48,960 bases of DNA from an uncultured Syntrophomonas sp. (GTDB taxonomy: Bacteria; Bacillota; Syntrophomonadia; Syntrophomonadales; Syntrophomonadaceae), in contig CAZXIR010000001.1 of the NCBI GenBank assembly GCA_964640845.1, positions 1-48,960 of the forward strand. The letters are read 5' to 3'. Every line of letters begins with the position of its first letter. Position 1 is the stretch's first letter. The translations under genes were made by a program, and so were the position numbers. Shown piece by piece: positions 1-10,080 of the stretch. The notes below the pieces were generated by a model that was not told the origin of the DNA, searched no databases, and saw nothing but the letters and a program-made list of their open reading frames with translations.

Positions 1-29
1 AACAATGAATATTTCTTGGCTCATCTTGG

Positions 30-69
30 AAAAAATTAAGTGAGCCAGATTGGCCCACTTAATTTTTTT
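30..69. terminator. Intrinsic terminator hairpin usable in both directions
   Basis: TTAAGTGAGCCA (36-47) pairs with TGGCCCACTTAA (51-62): 12-bp stem, one mismatch, 3-nt loop. Flanked by A6 (30-35) and T7 (63-69). Lies downstream of the minus-strand CDS ending at 159. Confidence 0.6.
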
Positions 70-158
70 GCTTATAGTCAGTTTATGTTATAAAGACGAT
101 TCACAACCGGGGTTATCTTAATCCCAGTTTGAATAAATTTATTTATATCTTTAATGGC

Positions 159-773
159 CTATGCGGATATGTTTTTTGGTTTGATGATAGGCCCAGGTAC
201 AGGTAGTACTGCTCTTCCAAACTCGGTATTAAGGACGATACAGGCTGACATATAGACACCCAAAAGTCCAGTTATACCCAGGAAAGTACCGGCAATATGT
301 GCATAATCATGCCCAATAACCTGCAGGTCCTGCAGGGCTACAATGGGAACTGCAACATCGAGGCAAAGTACTAGGAGGGTCATTACCAGGGGAGACTTGA
401 AATAAGCCGGAGTCCAACACCAGAGGCCGAGCCATAATGCGGTCCAAGCATAGCCATCTATCCGAGCGTCAAGTGCTGGCCATCCATTGGCAATAACCAG
501 ATATTTGAAAATAAATTCCATCCCACCTGTCAGCATAAAGAAAGCCGAGAAGAACAGGAATACATTACCACCAGTTGTGGCACCTTCCATAAGCTCAATA
601 ATCGCAACCGTGAACTGTACTACGAAACCACCAATCAACCAGCATCCGAGCAGAGGTATACATGTACCTTCAACCTTACCACCTAATACTGCATAAAACG
701 TAAAACAGGCTATTGCTAGAGCAAGCAAACCTGCGGGGGCGGGATTCGCCCATCCACCTCCATGTCCAGACAT
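159..773 (-). CDS. GPR1/FUN34/YaaH (SatP-like) acetate/succinate uptake transporter family protein
   Basis: 204-aa hydrophobic ORF. N-terminal ANPAPAGL matches the family NPAPLGL signature. C-terminal LNTEFGRAVLP resembles E. coli SatP LNEQFGRTVLP. AAGGAGGAG RBS 5 nt before the ATG. Confidence 0.8.
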   Translation of the reverse strand: MSGHGGGWANPAPAGLLALAIACFTFYAVLGGKVEGTCIPLLGCWLIGGFVVQFTVAIIELMEGATTGGNVFLFFSAFFMLTGGMEFIFKYLVIANGWPALDARIDGYAWTALWLGLWCWTPAYFKSPLVMTLLVLCLDVAVPIVALQDLQVIGHDYAHIAGTFLGITGLLGVYMSACIVLNTEFGRAVLPVPGPIIKPKNISA

Positions 774-1623
774 TTAAACTCCTCCTTTTCTCATTTGAAC
801 TCTTATCTATCTAACTTAAGGGAAAAAGCCTACTATTTGTACACCCCCTCACCATGTATTTTACATCGAATTCCAATTTGTGTTAGAACTCGAAAGTTCT
901 TATTCTGAGTAAAAGAGTTAGAGCAGTATATTAATTTGGCCGTTTAATTGTTTAGAATGAACTGTCAAGATGAGCAAACACATAAGAATAAATTGTATTT
1001 GCTTTAGCGTGATATGCTTGTTGATGTGAATAAGCTAGAATGGACAACTACAAATTGCTAGAAAAATTTCATCGCCGGCCTTGCTGCTGATTTACAAAAT
1101 TGGGTTTTATAACGTATTAATCATTATTCTACAGATTTCAAAATTATTCAGAAAACCTATTTAAATTTTCAGCGATTATGGGTCGGGCAAACCTCTAGTT
1201 AATAGTTATATTGAAGAGCAATAATTCATTTAGAGATAAGAATTTTACAAAAATCTAGTCTCCAAGGTGCTTTAATTGTATGAGACGATTGCCTCTTTGT
1301 CAAGACGTAGTATTCGAAATCTTGCTAAAATTCTTGTGGAAAGGGCTCTTTTCAAGGAATTCCAGCTTTGTTGCCGGTGCGCTTATGAATCTAATCTGCT
1401 GCTTTATACTATCACCCAAGAACATAGTTTATTACCAAAATGTGGTTGTTGATATCTATGACCGACATTATAAGGAAATATAGGTGGCGGAGAAAAAACT
1501 AATGGCAAGGGTTATCAGCTCAGATATATGAATTAATCTGCCGCTTATATTATAATGGGTTACAGGATTAACCTATGGTGTATATAATGGCCATAGTAAT
1601 ACGGTCGCCCTGGAGGTGCAGTT

Positions 1624-2388
1624 TTGGACCAATTTAATGATAGCCTGGAAGGGCAGGTTTGCCTAGTAACCGGAGGCGGTCGCGGAATAGGTGCGGCCGT
1701 GGCTCGTGCGGTTGCCGCTCGGGGAGGGCGAGTTATAGTGAATTATAATTCTTCCTACAAAGAAGCCCAGGAATTAATTGATGAATTGCAAGATGGTGGA
1801 TATACCGCGCTAGCACTGCAAGGGGACATTAGCAGCGAGCAGGAGGTAGCCCGGTTATTTGCCCGGATTAGGAATACAGTGGGGGAAGTTGACCTCTTAG
1901 TAAATAATGCCGGGGTAACTCTCAGATCTCTGGTACAAGATACCAGTGTTGTTGAGTGGGATCGAGTTATGAATGTTAACTTGAGGGGTGCCTTCTTATG
2001 CTGTAAGCAGGTATTACCATATATGATTGGAAAGAAATTCGGTCGAATAGTAAATATTGCATCTACCCAAGGTATCGATGGAGCCTCTTTTGAGGCGGTT
2101 TATGCTGCATCCAAAGGAGGGCTGATAGCATTTACTAAATCCCTGGGAAGCGAAGTAGCCCCTTCCGGGATAACCGTAAATGCTATTGCTCCAGGCCCGG
2201 TGGCAACAGATATGATGTACTCTCAACTAGACATAGAGGAAATAAAAGCTCTGGAGGATGAGATTCCTACAGGAAGGTTGGCTGCTCCGGAGGAAATTGC
2301 CAGTGCCTGTGTGTTTCTTCTCTCCAGAACTGCGGGGTATATTAATGCTCAGGTTTTGTGTATTGACGGGGGCTGGAAAGCCAGGTAA
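1624..2388 (+). CDS. Short-chain dehydrogenase/reductase, 3-oxoacyl-ACP reductase (FabG)-like
   Basis: 254 aa. TGGGRGIG cofactor motif, NNAG, catalytic YAASK. TTG start preceded by GGAGGTG. Confidence 0.85.
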   Translation: MDQFNDSLEGQVCLVTGGGRGIGAAVARAVAARGGRVIVNYNSSYKEAQELIDELQDGGYTALALQGDISSEQEVARLFARIRNTVGEVDLLVNNAGVTLRSLVQDTSVVEWDRVMNVNLRGAFLCCKQVLPYMIGKKFGRIVNIASTQGIDGASFEAVYAASKGGLIAFTKSLGSEVAPSGITVNAIAPGPVATDMMYSQLDIEEIKALEDEIPTGRLAAPEEIASACVFLLSRTAGYINAQVLCIDGGWKAR

Positions 2389-2453
2389 AGATAATTACCA
2401 TGATTAGTGGTGGACGGCTTTGCCACTTGGAACGTGGATGGGGGAAATAATAA

Positions 2454-3104
2454 TTGAAGAAGTATGAGTTGATAATATTTGATCTGGATGGAACGTTGAC
2501 AGATTCTGCCCCAGGCATCATAAATTCTGTGAAGTATGCCCTAAAAAAATTTGGCATAGTAGAGGATGATGGCAATAAACTACGGGCTTTCATAGGGCCG
2601 CCGCTAATAGATTCTTTCCGGGAATTCTATGCTTTCAGCCATACCCAGGCTTGGCAGGCAGTACAATACTACCGGGAATATTTTGCTGTTAAGGGGATGT
2701 TTGAAAATAAGGTATATCGTGGTATACCCTCATTGCTGAAGGGTCTTCAAAATAGTGGCCGGATGATGGCGGTAGCAACCTCCAAACCAGGTGTTTATGC
2801 CCAACAGATACTGGATCATTTCGACCTGTTAAAATTCTTTGATTTGGTTGTGGGCAGCAACTTGGATGGCAGCAGGATAGATAAAGCCGAAGTCATAGCT
2901 TTTGTACTGGAAAACTTTAAGCAACTAGCGGGTAATGAGATTATCATGGTAGGGGACAGAAAACATGATGTGGACGGTGCCCGGGCCAATAGTATTGATG
3001 TAGCCGTCGTTACCTACGGTTATGCATCCGAAGGAGAGTTTTTGTCTTCCCGGCCTTTATATATTGTAGATACTGTATCCCAGCTAGAAAAGCTGTTATG
3101 CTAA
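2454..3104 (+). CDS. HAD-superfamily hydrolase (phosphoglycolate phosphatase-like)
   Basis: 216 aa. N-terminal FDLDGTL nucleophile motif, later VGDRKHD motif. TTG start with GGGGGA RBS. Confidence 0.8.
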   Translation: MKKYELIIFDLDGTLTDSAPGIINSVKYALKKFGIVEDDGNKLRAFIGPPLIDSFREFYAFSHTQAWQAVQYYREYFAVKGMFENKVYRGIPSLLKGLQNSGRMMAVATSKPGVYAQQILDHFDLLKFFDLVVGSNLDGSRIDKAEVIAFVLENFKQLAGNEIIMVGDRKHDVDGARANSIDVAVVTYGYASEGEFLSSRPLYIVDTVSQLEKLLC

Positions 3105-3260
3105 TATAGCCTATTTAGGTAGTGGTAGGAGGTACCCACCGTCTTGTAAAATTAGGGTTGTTGCAGACCACAGTGACAATTAACTCTAATTAAGGGTAAT
3201 ATAGATAAGAGTCCTATTTAGAATTAAGGATTGCGTGGAAAGGAGATTACTTAGTAAAAT

Positions 3261-4133
3261 ATGTATTTTAAAAGGATATCCCGAAATGATCCGTGCTGGT
3301 GCGGGAGCGGGAATAAATACAAGAAATGCCATATGGAGCAGGATGAACGACTAAGAGAAATGAGAAAGCTAGGCATTCCGATACCAGGTCGTAGTTTAAT
3401 TAAAAGTGAGGTCCAGATAGAAGGAATCCGTCAGGCATGCCAGTTAAGCAAGAAAATTATGGATATTATTTCAGATAGAATCAAGGTGGGGATAACGACT
3501 AACGATATCAATACTTGGGTTCACGATTTGACGATAACCCATAAGGCCATTCCGGCCCCGTTGGGTTATAATGGTTTTCCCAAGAGCGTTTGTACTTCGC
3601 TTAATAATGTTATTTGCCATGGGATTCCTGATCATACGGTTTTAAAAGAGGGGGATATACTTAACATTGATATAACCTGTATCCTGAATGGATACTATGG
3701 AGATATGAGCCGGATGTTTTTGCTGGGAGAAACCTCACCAGAAGCTCGAACCTTGGTTCAAGTAGCCTATGAATGTATGAATCTGGGGATAGAACAGGTT
3801 AAGCCTTTTAATCGCACTGGACACATAGGTTATGCTATCGAACAGCATGCTCAAAAACATGGTTTTTCAGTGGTGCAGAATTATGGTGGGCATGGGACCG
3901 GTAATAAATTTCATGAAGATCCATTTGTTCAGCATTATGGACAGCAGCAGTCGGGTATGGTGCTGGTTCCCAACATGGTTATGACCGTGGAACCGATGAT
4001 TAATGCAGGGGATTATCGCTGCCGGGTCCTGGCAGACAACTGGACTGCCGTTACCCAGGATGGCTCTTTGTCTGCGCAATGGGAACATACGGTAAGAGTT
4101 ACTGAAGAGGGTGTGGAAATTCTAACCTTATAA
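3261..4133 (+). CDS. map: Type I methionine aminopeptidase with N-terminal SEC-C zinc-binding motif
   Basis: 290 aa. CWCGSGNKYKKCH SEC-C motif at the N terminus. MetAP core motifs: ICHGIP, DITC...GYYGD, GHGTG, MVMTVEP, WEHTV. Confidence 0.9.
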   Translation: MYFKRISRNDPCWCGSGNKYKKCHMEQDERLREMRKLGIPIPGRSLIKSEVQIEGIRQACQLSKKIMDIISDRIKVGITTNDINTWVHDLTITHKAIPAPLGYNGFPKSVCTSLNNVICHGIPDHTVLKEGDILNIDITCILNGYYGDMSRMFLLGETSPEARTLVQVAYECMNLGIEQVKPFNRTGHIGYAIEQHAQKHGFSVVQNYGGHGTGNKFHEDPFVQHYGQQQSGMVLVPNMVMTVEPMINAGDYRCRVLADNWTAVTQDGSLSAQWEHTVRVTEEGVEILTL

Positions 4134-4180
4134 AAGCCATGAAATAAACAAGCATACGTCCTTGACCAGGCTCTCAGACC

Positions 4181-4214
4181 GATGACAAAATCCTTTGTCA
4201 TCAGTTTCCTATTT
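4181..4214 (+). terminator. Rho-independent terminator after map
   Basis: GATGACAAA (4181-4189) / TTTGTCATC (4194-4202): 9-bp stem, 4-nt loop, followed by the T-rich AGTTTCCTATTT. Confidence 0.6.
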
Positions 4215-4217
4215 CGA

Positions 4218-4946
4218 CTAGACCGGCAGCAGATATCGGTAGACCATCCAGTAATGACAGAAACTGCCCAGTAGCACAAATATATGGAATATTTCATGAA
4301 ATCCAAAGTATTTAATATTAAACTTCGGTTTTTTTAAGGCGTAAATCACGGCTCCGACCGTGTAGCTAAGTCCTCCCAGGGCCAGCCAGAAAACTCCTGA
4401 AAAAGATACCCGCAGATAAAGGGGATAAAGGGCTATCATTACCATCCAGCCCATGAGGATATATAAAAGAGTAGATAACCAACGGGGGGCATTAAAATAC
4501 CAGATCTTAAGGCATATGCCGGCAATAGTAAGGCTCCATACCGCAATTAACAGGCCCCATCCCCACCAACCGGGTAAGGCTATTATACATATTGGGGTAT
4601 AAGAACCGGCAATAAGAATAAAGATCATCATATGATCGATACGTCTTAGATTAAGAGTGCACTGTTCAGATATATTCAAAAGGTGATAAGTTGTACTGGC
4701 CAGGTATAGGAGAAAAAGGCTGACACCAAAAATATAGAGAGAACCATAGAAAGCCAAGCTTCTGCCTACGGGTGCCTGCTGTATCAAAAGATATACAGCA
4801 GGAATGGCCAGGAATACTCCCAGCAGATGAGTCAAACCGTTTACCAGTTCATAAGGCCGAATGAATTTTGTTATTCTGAACCGGAAGGATTGGCCCGGAT
4901 GTTCATGGTTTTGTTTGGGACGTGAGTCGGGATTAGATGGATACAT
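4218..4946 (-). CDS. Hemolysin III / PAQR family membrane protein (TrhA-like)
   Basis: 242 aa with seven hydrophobic segments. Family-typical motifs: NGLTHLLG, STTYH, DHMMIF, FHIFV. Confidence 0.8.
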   Translation of the reverse strand: MYPSNPDSRPKQNHEHPGQSFRFRITKFIRPYELVNGLTHLLGVFLAIPAVYLLIQQAPVGRSLAFYGSLYIFGVSLFLLYLASTTYHLLNISEQCTLNLRRIDHMMIFILIAGSYTPICIIALPGWWGWGLLIAVWSLTIAGICLKIWYFNAPRWLSTLLYILMGWMVMIALYPLYLRVSFSGVFWLALGGLSYTVGAVIYALKKPKFNIKYFGFHEIFHIFVLLGSFCHYWMVYRYLLPV

Positions 4947-5059
4947 ATAGCACCTCCGTGATGTAGTTATTGAAACTATGTTGTGTTATGTTTACATAAT
5001 AATATATCTTGTGCAATGAGGCAATAAATAATATTATCTATTTAGATATATTTTAGTTA

Positions 5060-5644
5060 ATGGGGGTATTATTAGTGTTGAATCAGGAAAATATAACCGA
5101 ACTCATCCGGGAAATATCTTCCAGCGGCCAAATTAGGACAGTTGATATTCCAGATATTGATTTATACATGGATCAGGTTACTACCTATATGGACCATAAA
5201 CTGGGTGGTTTAAAAAGAAGCGATAAAGATAAAATATTGACCAAAGCAATGATCAATAACTACGCAAAAGCTGGAATTTTAATCCCGCCCAAAAACAAGA
5301 AGTATTCCAAGGATAACATGATTCTATTAATATTGATTTACAAGCTCAAACAGATGCTGTCCATTAACGATATTGGGCAATTGTTTTCTCACCTTTTTGA
5401 TGGCTTGGAACAGGATGACAAATTCCTGGAGAAGGTATATGATACATTTCTGGAGATAGAAAAGCATAGAGATACCAAGTTGGAGGAAGTCGCTTTTCAG
5501 GAGATACAGTCCATAAAAGAAATAACCAACCTAAGTGAGGTAGAATCAGAACAATGGCAGAGCTTTTTACTGGTGATGCTCTTGCTAAGTCGAGCAGAAA
5601 TGGAGAGAAGGCTGGCCGAAAAGATAATCGACACTTACTTCTAA
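5060..5644 (+). CDS. DUF1836 domain protein
   Basis: 194 aa. IDLYMDQVTTYM ... LTKAMINNYAKAGILIPPKNKKYSK matches the DUF1836 signature as I remember it. The true start may be GTG 5075 or TTG 5078 (GGGGG RBS just upstream). Confidence 0.65.
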   Translation: MGVLLVLNQENITELIREISSSGQIRTVDIPDIDLYMDQVTTYMDHKLGGLKRSDKDKILTKAMINNYAKAGILIPPKNKKYSKDNMILLILIYKLKQMLSINDIGQLFSHLFDGLEQDDKFLEKVYDTFLEIEKHRDTKLEEVAFQEIQSIKEITNLSEVESEQWQSFLLVMLLLSRAEMERRLAEKIIDTYF

Positions 5645-5883
5645 ACTAACCCCCCGTGGCTAGGAGCCACAAACACTAATGAAAATTGGCTGAAGGTGAA
5701 CTGGCTTAAGTAGGCTTGGGGTCGGTCTTAGTTCTTAAGTTTAGGTTAGCTGGGAGTTGCTTGAGATTGATTGGAAAAAGTTATGATCCCGTTGCTCGAA
5801 TAGCCTTTCCCCCTACGCTAACCTTAAGCCTTCAGCCCCACCAAGTTATTTTCTTACTACATCTAGTATTATTAGGAGGTTTT

Positions 5884-8025
5884 ATGCAGAATAAGATTTT
5901 AAACATGGTAGCCCTTGCTAGCAGCATTGATGTAAAAAAGGTCAGCAGTACTGTTAAGCTGCTGGATGATGGCAATACCGTGCCTTTTATTGCTAGGTAT
6001 AGAAAAGAAATGACTGGAGGTTTGGATGAGGTACAGATAAGGCAGATTGCTGAACTGCTAACCTTCCATCGCAACCTAAATGAACGCAAACAAGATGTAA
6101 TTAGGCTGATTGAGGAACAGGGAAAAATGACCGCCGAATTACATGAAGCAGTTATGAATGCCGCTACTATAACCAGAGTTGATGATATATATCGGCCTTT
6201 CCGCCCCAAAAAGAAAACCAGGGCCAGTGCCGCCAGGGAAAGAGGACTGGAACCGCTGGCCGAATATATTTTGTCATTTCCATCACCGGAGTTATTATTA
6301 GAGAAAGCTGCCGAGTTTTTAAACCAGGACGTCGGTACTGTTGAGGATGCACTTAAAGGCGCCCGCGATATTATAGCTGAGAATATAGCCGATGATCCAT
6401 CAGTACGTGGGTGGATACGGGATTTCACCCGCCGTCGGGGATTTATTAGTTCCACCGCTCGGGATGCTGAAAAAATATCAGTATATACCATGTATTATGA
6501 ATATCGGGAAGAAGTGCAAAAGATACCCGCTCATAGAATACTGGCCATAAACCGCGGTGAAAGAGAAGATATATTAAAAGTAAAGATCGATGTGGATGAA
6601 ACCAGGATAGTGAATTATCTGGAAGAAAAATTTGCTAAAGCCGGGTCTCCCGGTGCAGAAATGATACAGGAGGCAATTCTGGATTCCTATAAACGGCTTA
6701 TACAACCTTCGGTTCAGAGGGACATCCGGGCTGAACTCACCGAAAAAGCCGAAAAACAAGCGGTTATTATCTTCTCCAAAAATCTGCGGCAACTGCTGTT
6801 GCAACCTCCGGTAAAGGGCAACAAAGTCCTGGGGATTGATCCCGCTTTTCGTACTGGCTGTAAGTTGGGAGTTGTAGACGAAACCGGTAAACTCCTGGAA
6901 ACCGCAGTGATATATCCCACCCCACCCCGCAATCAGATAGAAGAGGCTAAAAGAATTGTAGAACGGATTGTTTCCCAATACCAAATTAGTCTGATAGCTA
7001 TAGGAAACGGCACTGCTTGCCGGGAAACAGAGAAGTTTGTAGCCGATTTTATAAAAGAAAGTACCCGGAGTCTATTTTACATAATTGTGAATGAGGCCGG
7101 TGCCAGTGTGTATTCAGCATCTACCTTGGCTGCGCATGAATTTCCACAGCTGGATGTGTCAGAAAGAAGCGCCGTATCCATTGCTCGTCGTTTACAGGAT
7201 CCCCTGGCAGAACTGGTGAAGATAGAGCCCAGAGCGATTGGGGTAGGACAGTATCAGCATGATATAAATGAGAAGGTACTGGAGGAAAAACTTGCTGCGG
7301 TGGTGGAAACAGTGGTCAATTATGTAGGAGTTGATTTGAATACCGCATCTCCATCCCTATTAAGCTATGCTGCGGGAATTAATATGCCGGTAGCAGAAAA
7401 CATCGTCAAATTCAGAGAGGAGAATGGAGTATTTAAGAAACGCCGGGATTTACTTAAGGTTCCCCGTCTGGGACCAAAAACATTTGAACAATGTGCCGGG
7501 TTTTTGCGACTGCCGGGAGGAGAGCACCCCTTGGATGCAACCGCTATTCACCCCGAATCATATCCACTGACAGAAAACCTGCTGAAAATGCTGGAGGCCA
7601 ATCTGGCTGATATAGGGAAAAATGAGCTTAATGAAAAACTAAAAAAAATCGATTTGCATCGTACAGCTGAATATTTAGATACCGGAGTTCCTACTTTAAA
7701 GGATATTCTGGAGAATCTCCGGAAGCCGGGCCGTGATCCCCGGGAGGAACTGCCAACTCCAGTTTTCAGAGAAGATATACTTAATCTGGATGATTTAAAA
7801 GAAGGCATGGAACTGCAGGGAACAGTGATCAATGTAGTTGACTTTGGAGCATTTGTAGATATTGGTCTTAAACAAAGTGGTATGGTTCATATATCTCAGC
7901 TGGCTGATAATTATGTAAAACATCCCATGGATGTAGTCAACATAGGTGATCGGGTTAAAGTTAGAGTTTTATCAATTGATAAAGATCGGGGCCGGGTGGC
8001 TTTATCCATGAAGGAGGATAGCTAG
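5884..8025 (+). CDS. tex: Tex-like transcription accessory protein (YqgF/HHH/S1 domains)
   Basis: FIARYRKEMTGGLDE N-terminal Tex motif. C-terminal S1 domain (GTVINVVDFGAFVDIG ... VKVRVLSIDKDRGRVALSMK). ATG 5884 is preceded by AGGAGG. The track ORF start at 5716 adds 56 non-conserved residues. Confidence 0.9.
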   Translation: MQNKILNMVALASSIDVKKVSSTVKLLDDGNTVPFIARYRKEMTGGLDEVQIRQIAELLTFHRNLNERKQDVIRLIEEQGKMTAELHEAVMNAATITRVDDIYRPFRPKKKTRASAARERGLEPLAEYILSFPSPELLLEKAAEFLNQDVGTVEDALKGARDIIAENIADDPSVRGWIRDFTRRRGFISSTARDAEKISVYTMYYEYREEVQKIPAHRILAINRGEREDILKVKIDVDETRIVNYLEEKFAKAGSPGAEMIQEAILDSYKRLIQPSVQRDIRAELTEKAEKQAVIIFSKNLRQLLLQPPVKGNKVLGIDPAFRTGCKLGVVDETGKLLETAVIYPTPPRNQIEEAKRIVERIVSQYQISLIAIGNGTACRETEKFVADFIKESTRSLFYIIVNEAGASVYSASTLAAHEFPQLDVSERSAVSIARRLQDPLAELVKIEPRAIGVGQYQHDINEKVLEEKLAAVVETVVNYVGVDLNTASPSLLSYAAGINMPVAENIVKFREENGVFKKRRDLLKVPRLGPKTFEQCAGFLRLPGGEHPLDATAIHPESYPLTENLLKMLEANLADIGKNELNEKLKKIDLHRTAEYLDTGVPTLKDILENLRKPGRDPREELPTPVFREDILNLDDLKEGMELQGTVINVVDFGAFVDIGLKQSGMVHISQLADNYVKHPMDVVNIGDRVKVRVLSIDKDRGRVALSMKEDS

Positions 8026-8276
8026 ATTAGGAGTTATCCTGATATAGTGCAGTTAAGGTGAAGATTTTTGTATACAATAAATATTGAAACAGCTCAAGTC
8101 TTTGCGACTGTCGGGTGGAGAACAACCTCGTTATGTTATTCATTTTGAAATATCCGTACACTGACTTCGTTCGCTATAAGAAAGCCCATTAATGTAACTT
8201 ATGTTGAGCAGGAGATATCTATAATAATATAGAAAAAGATGGAGAAATGCCTTTATATTGTACAGGAGTGATAATC

Positions 8277-8741
8277 TTGAAAACCAGGCCCAGCAAAAAT
8301 GAATATTATCTAAACATTGCCTTGGATGTAGCATCTCGAGGCACATGTTTAAGAAGAAACTATGGAGCAGTAATTGTACAGAATGATGTCATAGTATCCA
8401 CCGGATATACAGGGGCGCCCCGTGGTCTGCCTAACTGTTGTGATCTAGGGTTTTGTGAGCGGGAAGCAAAAGGTGTACCCAGCGGAGAACGCTACGAACT
8501 GTGTAGGAGTGTACATGCCGAGATGAATGCCATAATTAATGCCGGTCGGGCAAAAACTATGGGTGCAACATTGTACTTATCCGGCTATGAAGTGGAAACT
8601 GGCAAAATACTAGACGCAGAGCCATGTTTTTTGTGTAAAAGGATAATACTAAATTCAGGCATACATAAAGTAATCTGCCACAACACCGATGGCAGCTACC
8701 GAGAAATAATACCGGAAGGACATCCAGCCTATGAAACATAA
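8277..8741 (+). CDS. Deoxycytidylate (dCMP) deaminase, ComEB-type
   Basis: Zinc-deaminase motifs HAEMNAI and PCFLCK. GAVIV...TGYTGAPRG is typical of dCMP deaminases. TTG 8277 follows AGGAGTG; the track start at 8247 lacks an RBS. Confidence 0.8.
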   Translation: MKTRPSKNEYYLNIALDVASRGTCLRRNYGAVIVQNDVIVSTGYTGAPRGLPNCCDLGFCEREAKGVPSGERYELCRSVHAEMNAIINAGRAKTMGATLYLSGYEVETGKILDAEPCFLCKRIILNSGIHKVICHNTDGSYREIIPEGHPAYET

Positions 8742-8769
8742 AAACAAACAAAACAAGAGTGGGGGACTA

Positions 8770-8823
8770 GGGGGACGGTTCTTTTAGTTGCTACCATGGT
8801 AGCAACTAAAAGAACCGTCCCCC
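8770..8823. repeat. Perfect 54-bp palindrome (27-bp arms) followed by a GTCCCC-rich tract
   Basis: GGGGGACGGTTCTTTTAGTTGCTACCA (8770-8796) is the exact reverse complement of 8797-8823. 8816-8855 contains repeated GTCCCC units. Confidence 0.9.
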
Positions 8824-8878
8824 TGGTCCCCCTGGCCGTCCCGTCCCCGCTCCCCTTTAGAAAATGAGGTGTAAGCCA

Positions 8879-10012
8879 ATGTCAGTGGTAGCCCTGGTAA
8901 GATGTGAAGATTATAATTATTCTAAGGTAAAGACTGCGGTAGAAACTGGTCTGGAACTGCTGGGAGGATATGATCAGTTTTTCCAGCCAGGTGAAAAGAT
9001 CCTGCTTAAACCCAACCTGCTGGCCCCAGCTTCGTCTGAGGAATGTGTTACTACTCACCCAGCAGTATTTAAGGCCGTAGGTGAAATACTACTAGCCCGC
9101 GGGGCTCGGATAAGTTATGGTGACTCTCCGGCGATAAGCAGTCCTATTAATGTAGCCAAAAAGTCTGGGATTTATCAGGCCGGGCAGGAGTTGGGTATAG
9201 AGATAGCTGATTTCAAAGAAGGGGTTAGAGTTCCCTTTCCCGCAGGAAAGCAGCATAAGAGCTTCGTTTTAGCTCGGGGAGTAGTTGAAAGTGATGCGAT
9301 CATAAGTATTGCCAAAATGAAGACTCATGGACTGACCCGTCTGACCGGAGCAGTAAAAAATCAGTTTGGTTGTATTCCCGGAGTACTAAAAGGTGAGTTT
9401 CATGCCAAATTACCTGAGCTGGATGATTTCGCAACCATGCTGGTGGATTTAAACCTTTTGCTAAAGCCGCGCTGGTATATAATGGATGGTATTATGGCAA
9501 TGGAAGGAAATGGCCCCCGGGGTGGAAGGCCCAGGAAAATGAACGTACTGTTGTTTTCCGCCGATCCAGTAGCGTTGGACGCTACTATGTGCCGAATATT
9601 GGGGGTTAAGCCTGATGAGGTACCTACTATACGAATAGGGCATAACAATGGTTTGGGACAGTATGAAGACGTTAAGTTGGTGGGCGATTCTCTCCAGGAA
9701 TTCCAGGTAAGTGATTTCTCCGTGGCCCGCTCCGGCTTGGCTTCCAGTATTAAGAGTAAACGCATGAGAAACATAATCGTTCCCCGACCAGCCATAGATG
9801 ACCTCAAATGCATAAAATGCGGTATCTGTGTTAATATGTGCCCGGTTACACCCAAAGCAGTTGATTGGGAAAGAAATGAAAAAGGGAAACCACCCATATA
9901 CAACTATGATCTGTGTATAAGATGCTACTGCTGTCAGGAAACCTGCCCGGAAGGAGCCATAGAAATAGTGACTCCACCTATAGGCAAACTCTTCAATCGG
10001 TTTAAACCCTGA
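8879..10012 (+). CDS. DUF362 domain protein with C-terminal 2x[4Fe-4S] ferredoxin domain
   Basis: C-terminal CIKCGICVNMCP and CIRCYCCQETCP cluster motifs. The N-terminal two thirds resemble DUF362. ATG 8879 is preceded by GAGGTG. Confidence 0.75.
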   Translation: MSVVALVRCEDYNYSKVKTAVETGLELLGGYDQFFQPGEKILLKPNLLAPASSEECVTTHPAVFKAVGEILLARGARISYGDSPAISSPINVAKKSGIYQAGQELGIEIADFKEGVRVPFPAGKQHKSFVLARGVVESDAIISIAKMKTHGLTRLTGAVKNQFGCIPGVLKGEFHAKLPELDDFATMLVDLNLLLKPRWYIMDGIMAMEGNGPRGGRPRKMNVLLFSADPVALDATMCRILGVKPDEVPTIRIGHNNGLGQYEDVKLVGDSLQEFQVSDFSVARSGLASSIKSKRMRNIIVPRPAIDDLKCIKCGICVNMCPVTPKAVDWERNEKGKPPIYNYDLCIRCYCCQETCPEGAIEIVTPPIGKLFNRFKP

Positions 10013-10025
10013 CAGGGTGACCCGA

Positions 10026-10072
10026 GCAGGGAAGGAAGCAGGGAAGAACCGTCCCCCTGCTTCCTTCCCTGC
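10026..10072. terminator. 18-bp perfect hairpin between convergent genes
   Basis: GCAGGGAAGGAAGCAGGG (10026-10043) / CCCTGCTTCCTTCCCTGC (10055-10072). The loop contains GAACCGTCC. There is no strong U-tract, so terminator function is inferred from position only. Confidence 0.5.
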
Positions 10073-10080
10073 TTCGCCTG

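Noticed and set aside
1280-1483. A 67-aa ORF in the 850-bp spacer
   Set aside because: No RBS, no recognisable motif, odd composition. It is most likely non-coding.
5716-5883. A 56-residue N-terminal extension of the Tex ORF as drawn in the track
   Set aside because: The extension (MGSVLVLKFRLAGSC...) has no Tex similarity and no RBS. ATG 5884 is preceded by AGGAGG, and the conserved Tex N terminus starts there.
5832-6491. Long antisense or alternate-frame ORFs inside real genes. This one plus 6574-6984, 9400-9903, 26413-26820, 32607-33113, 35023-35529, 39734-40066, 43102-43584, 48408-48797 and the shorter ones in the track.
   Set aside because: Each is fully embedded in a CDS with strong family motifs on the other strand or in another frame. 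Their compositions are Ser/Pro/Arg-biased and low complexity, as is typical of shadow ORFs. None has an RBS that I could see.
8770-10072. Possibility that the GC-rich hairpin repeats are a CRISPR array
   Set aside because: The copies are single, palindromic, of different lengths and separated by whole genes. There is no regular repeat-spacer periodicity, and no cas genes are in the window.
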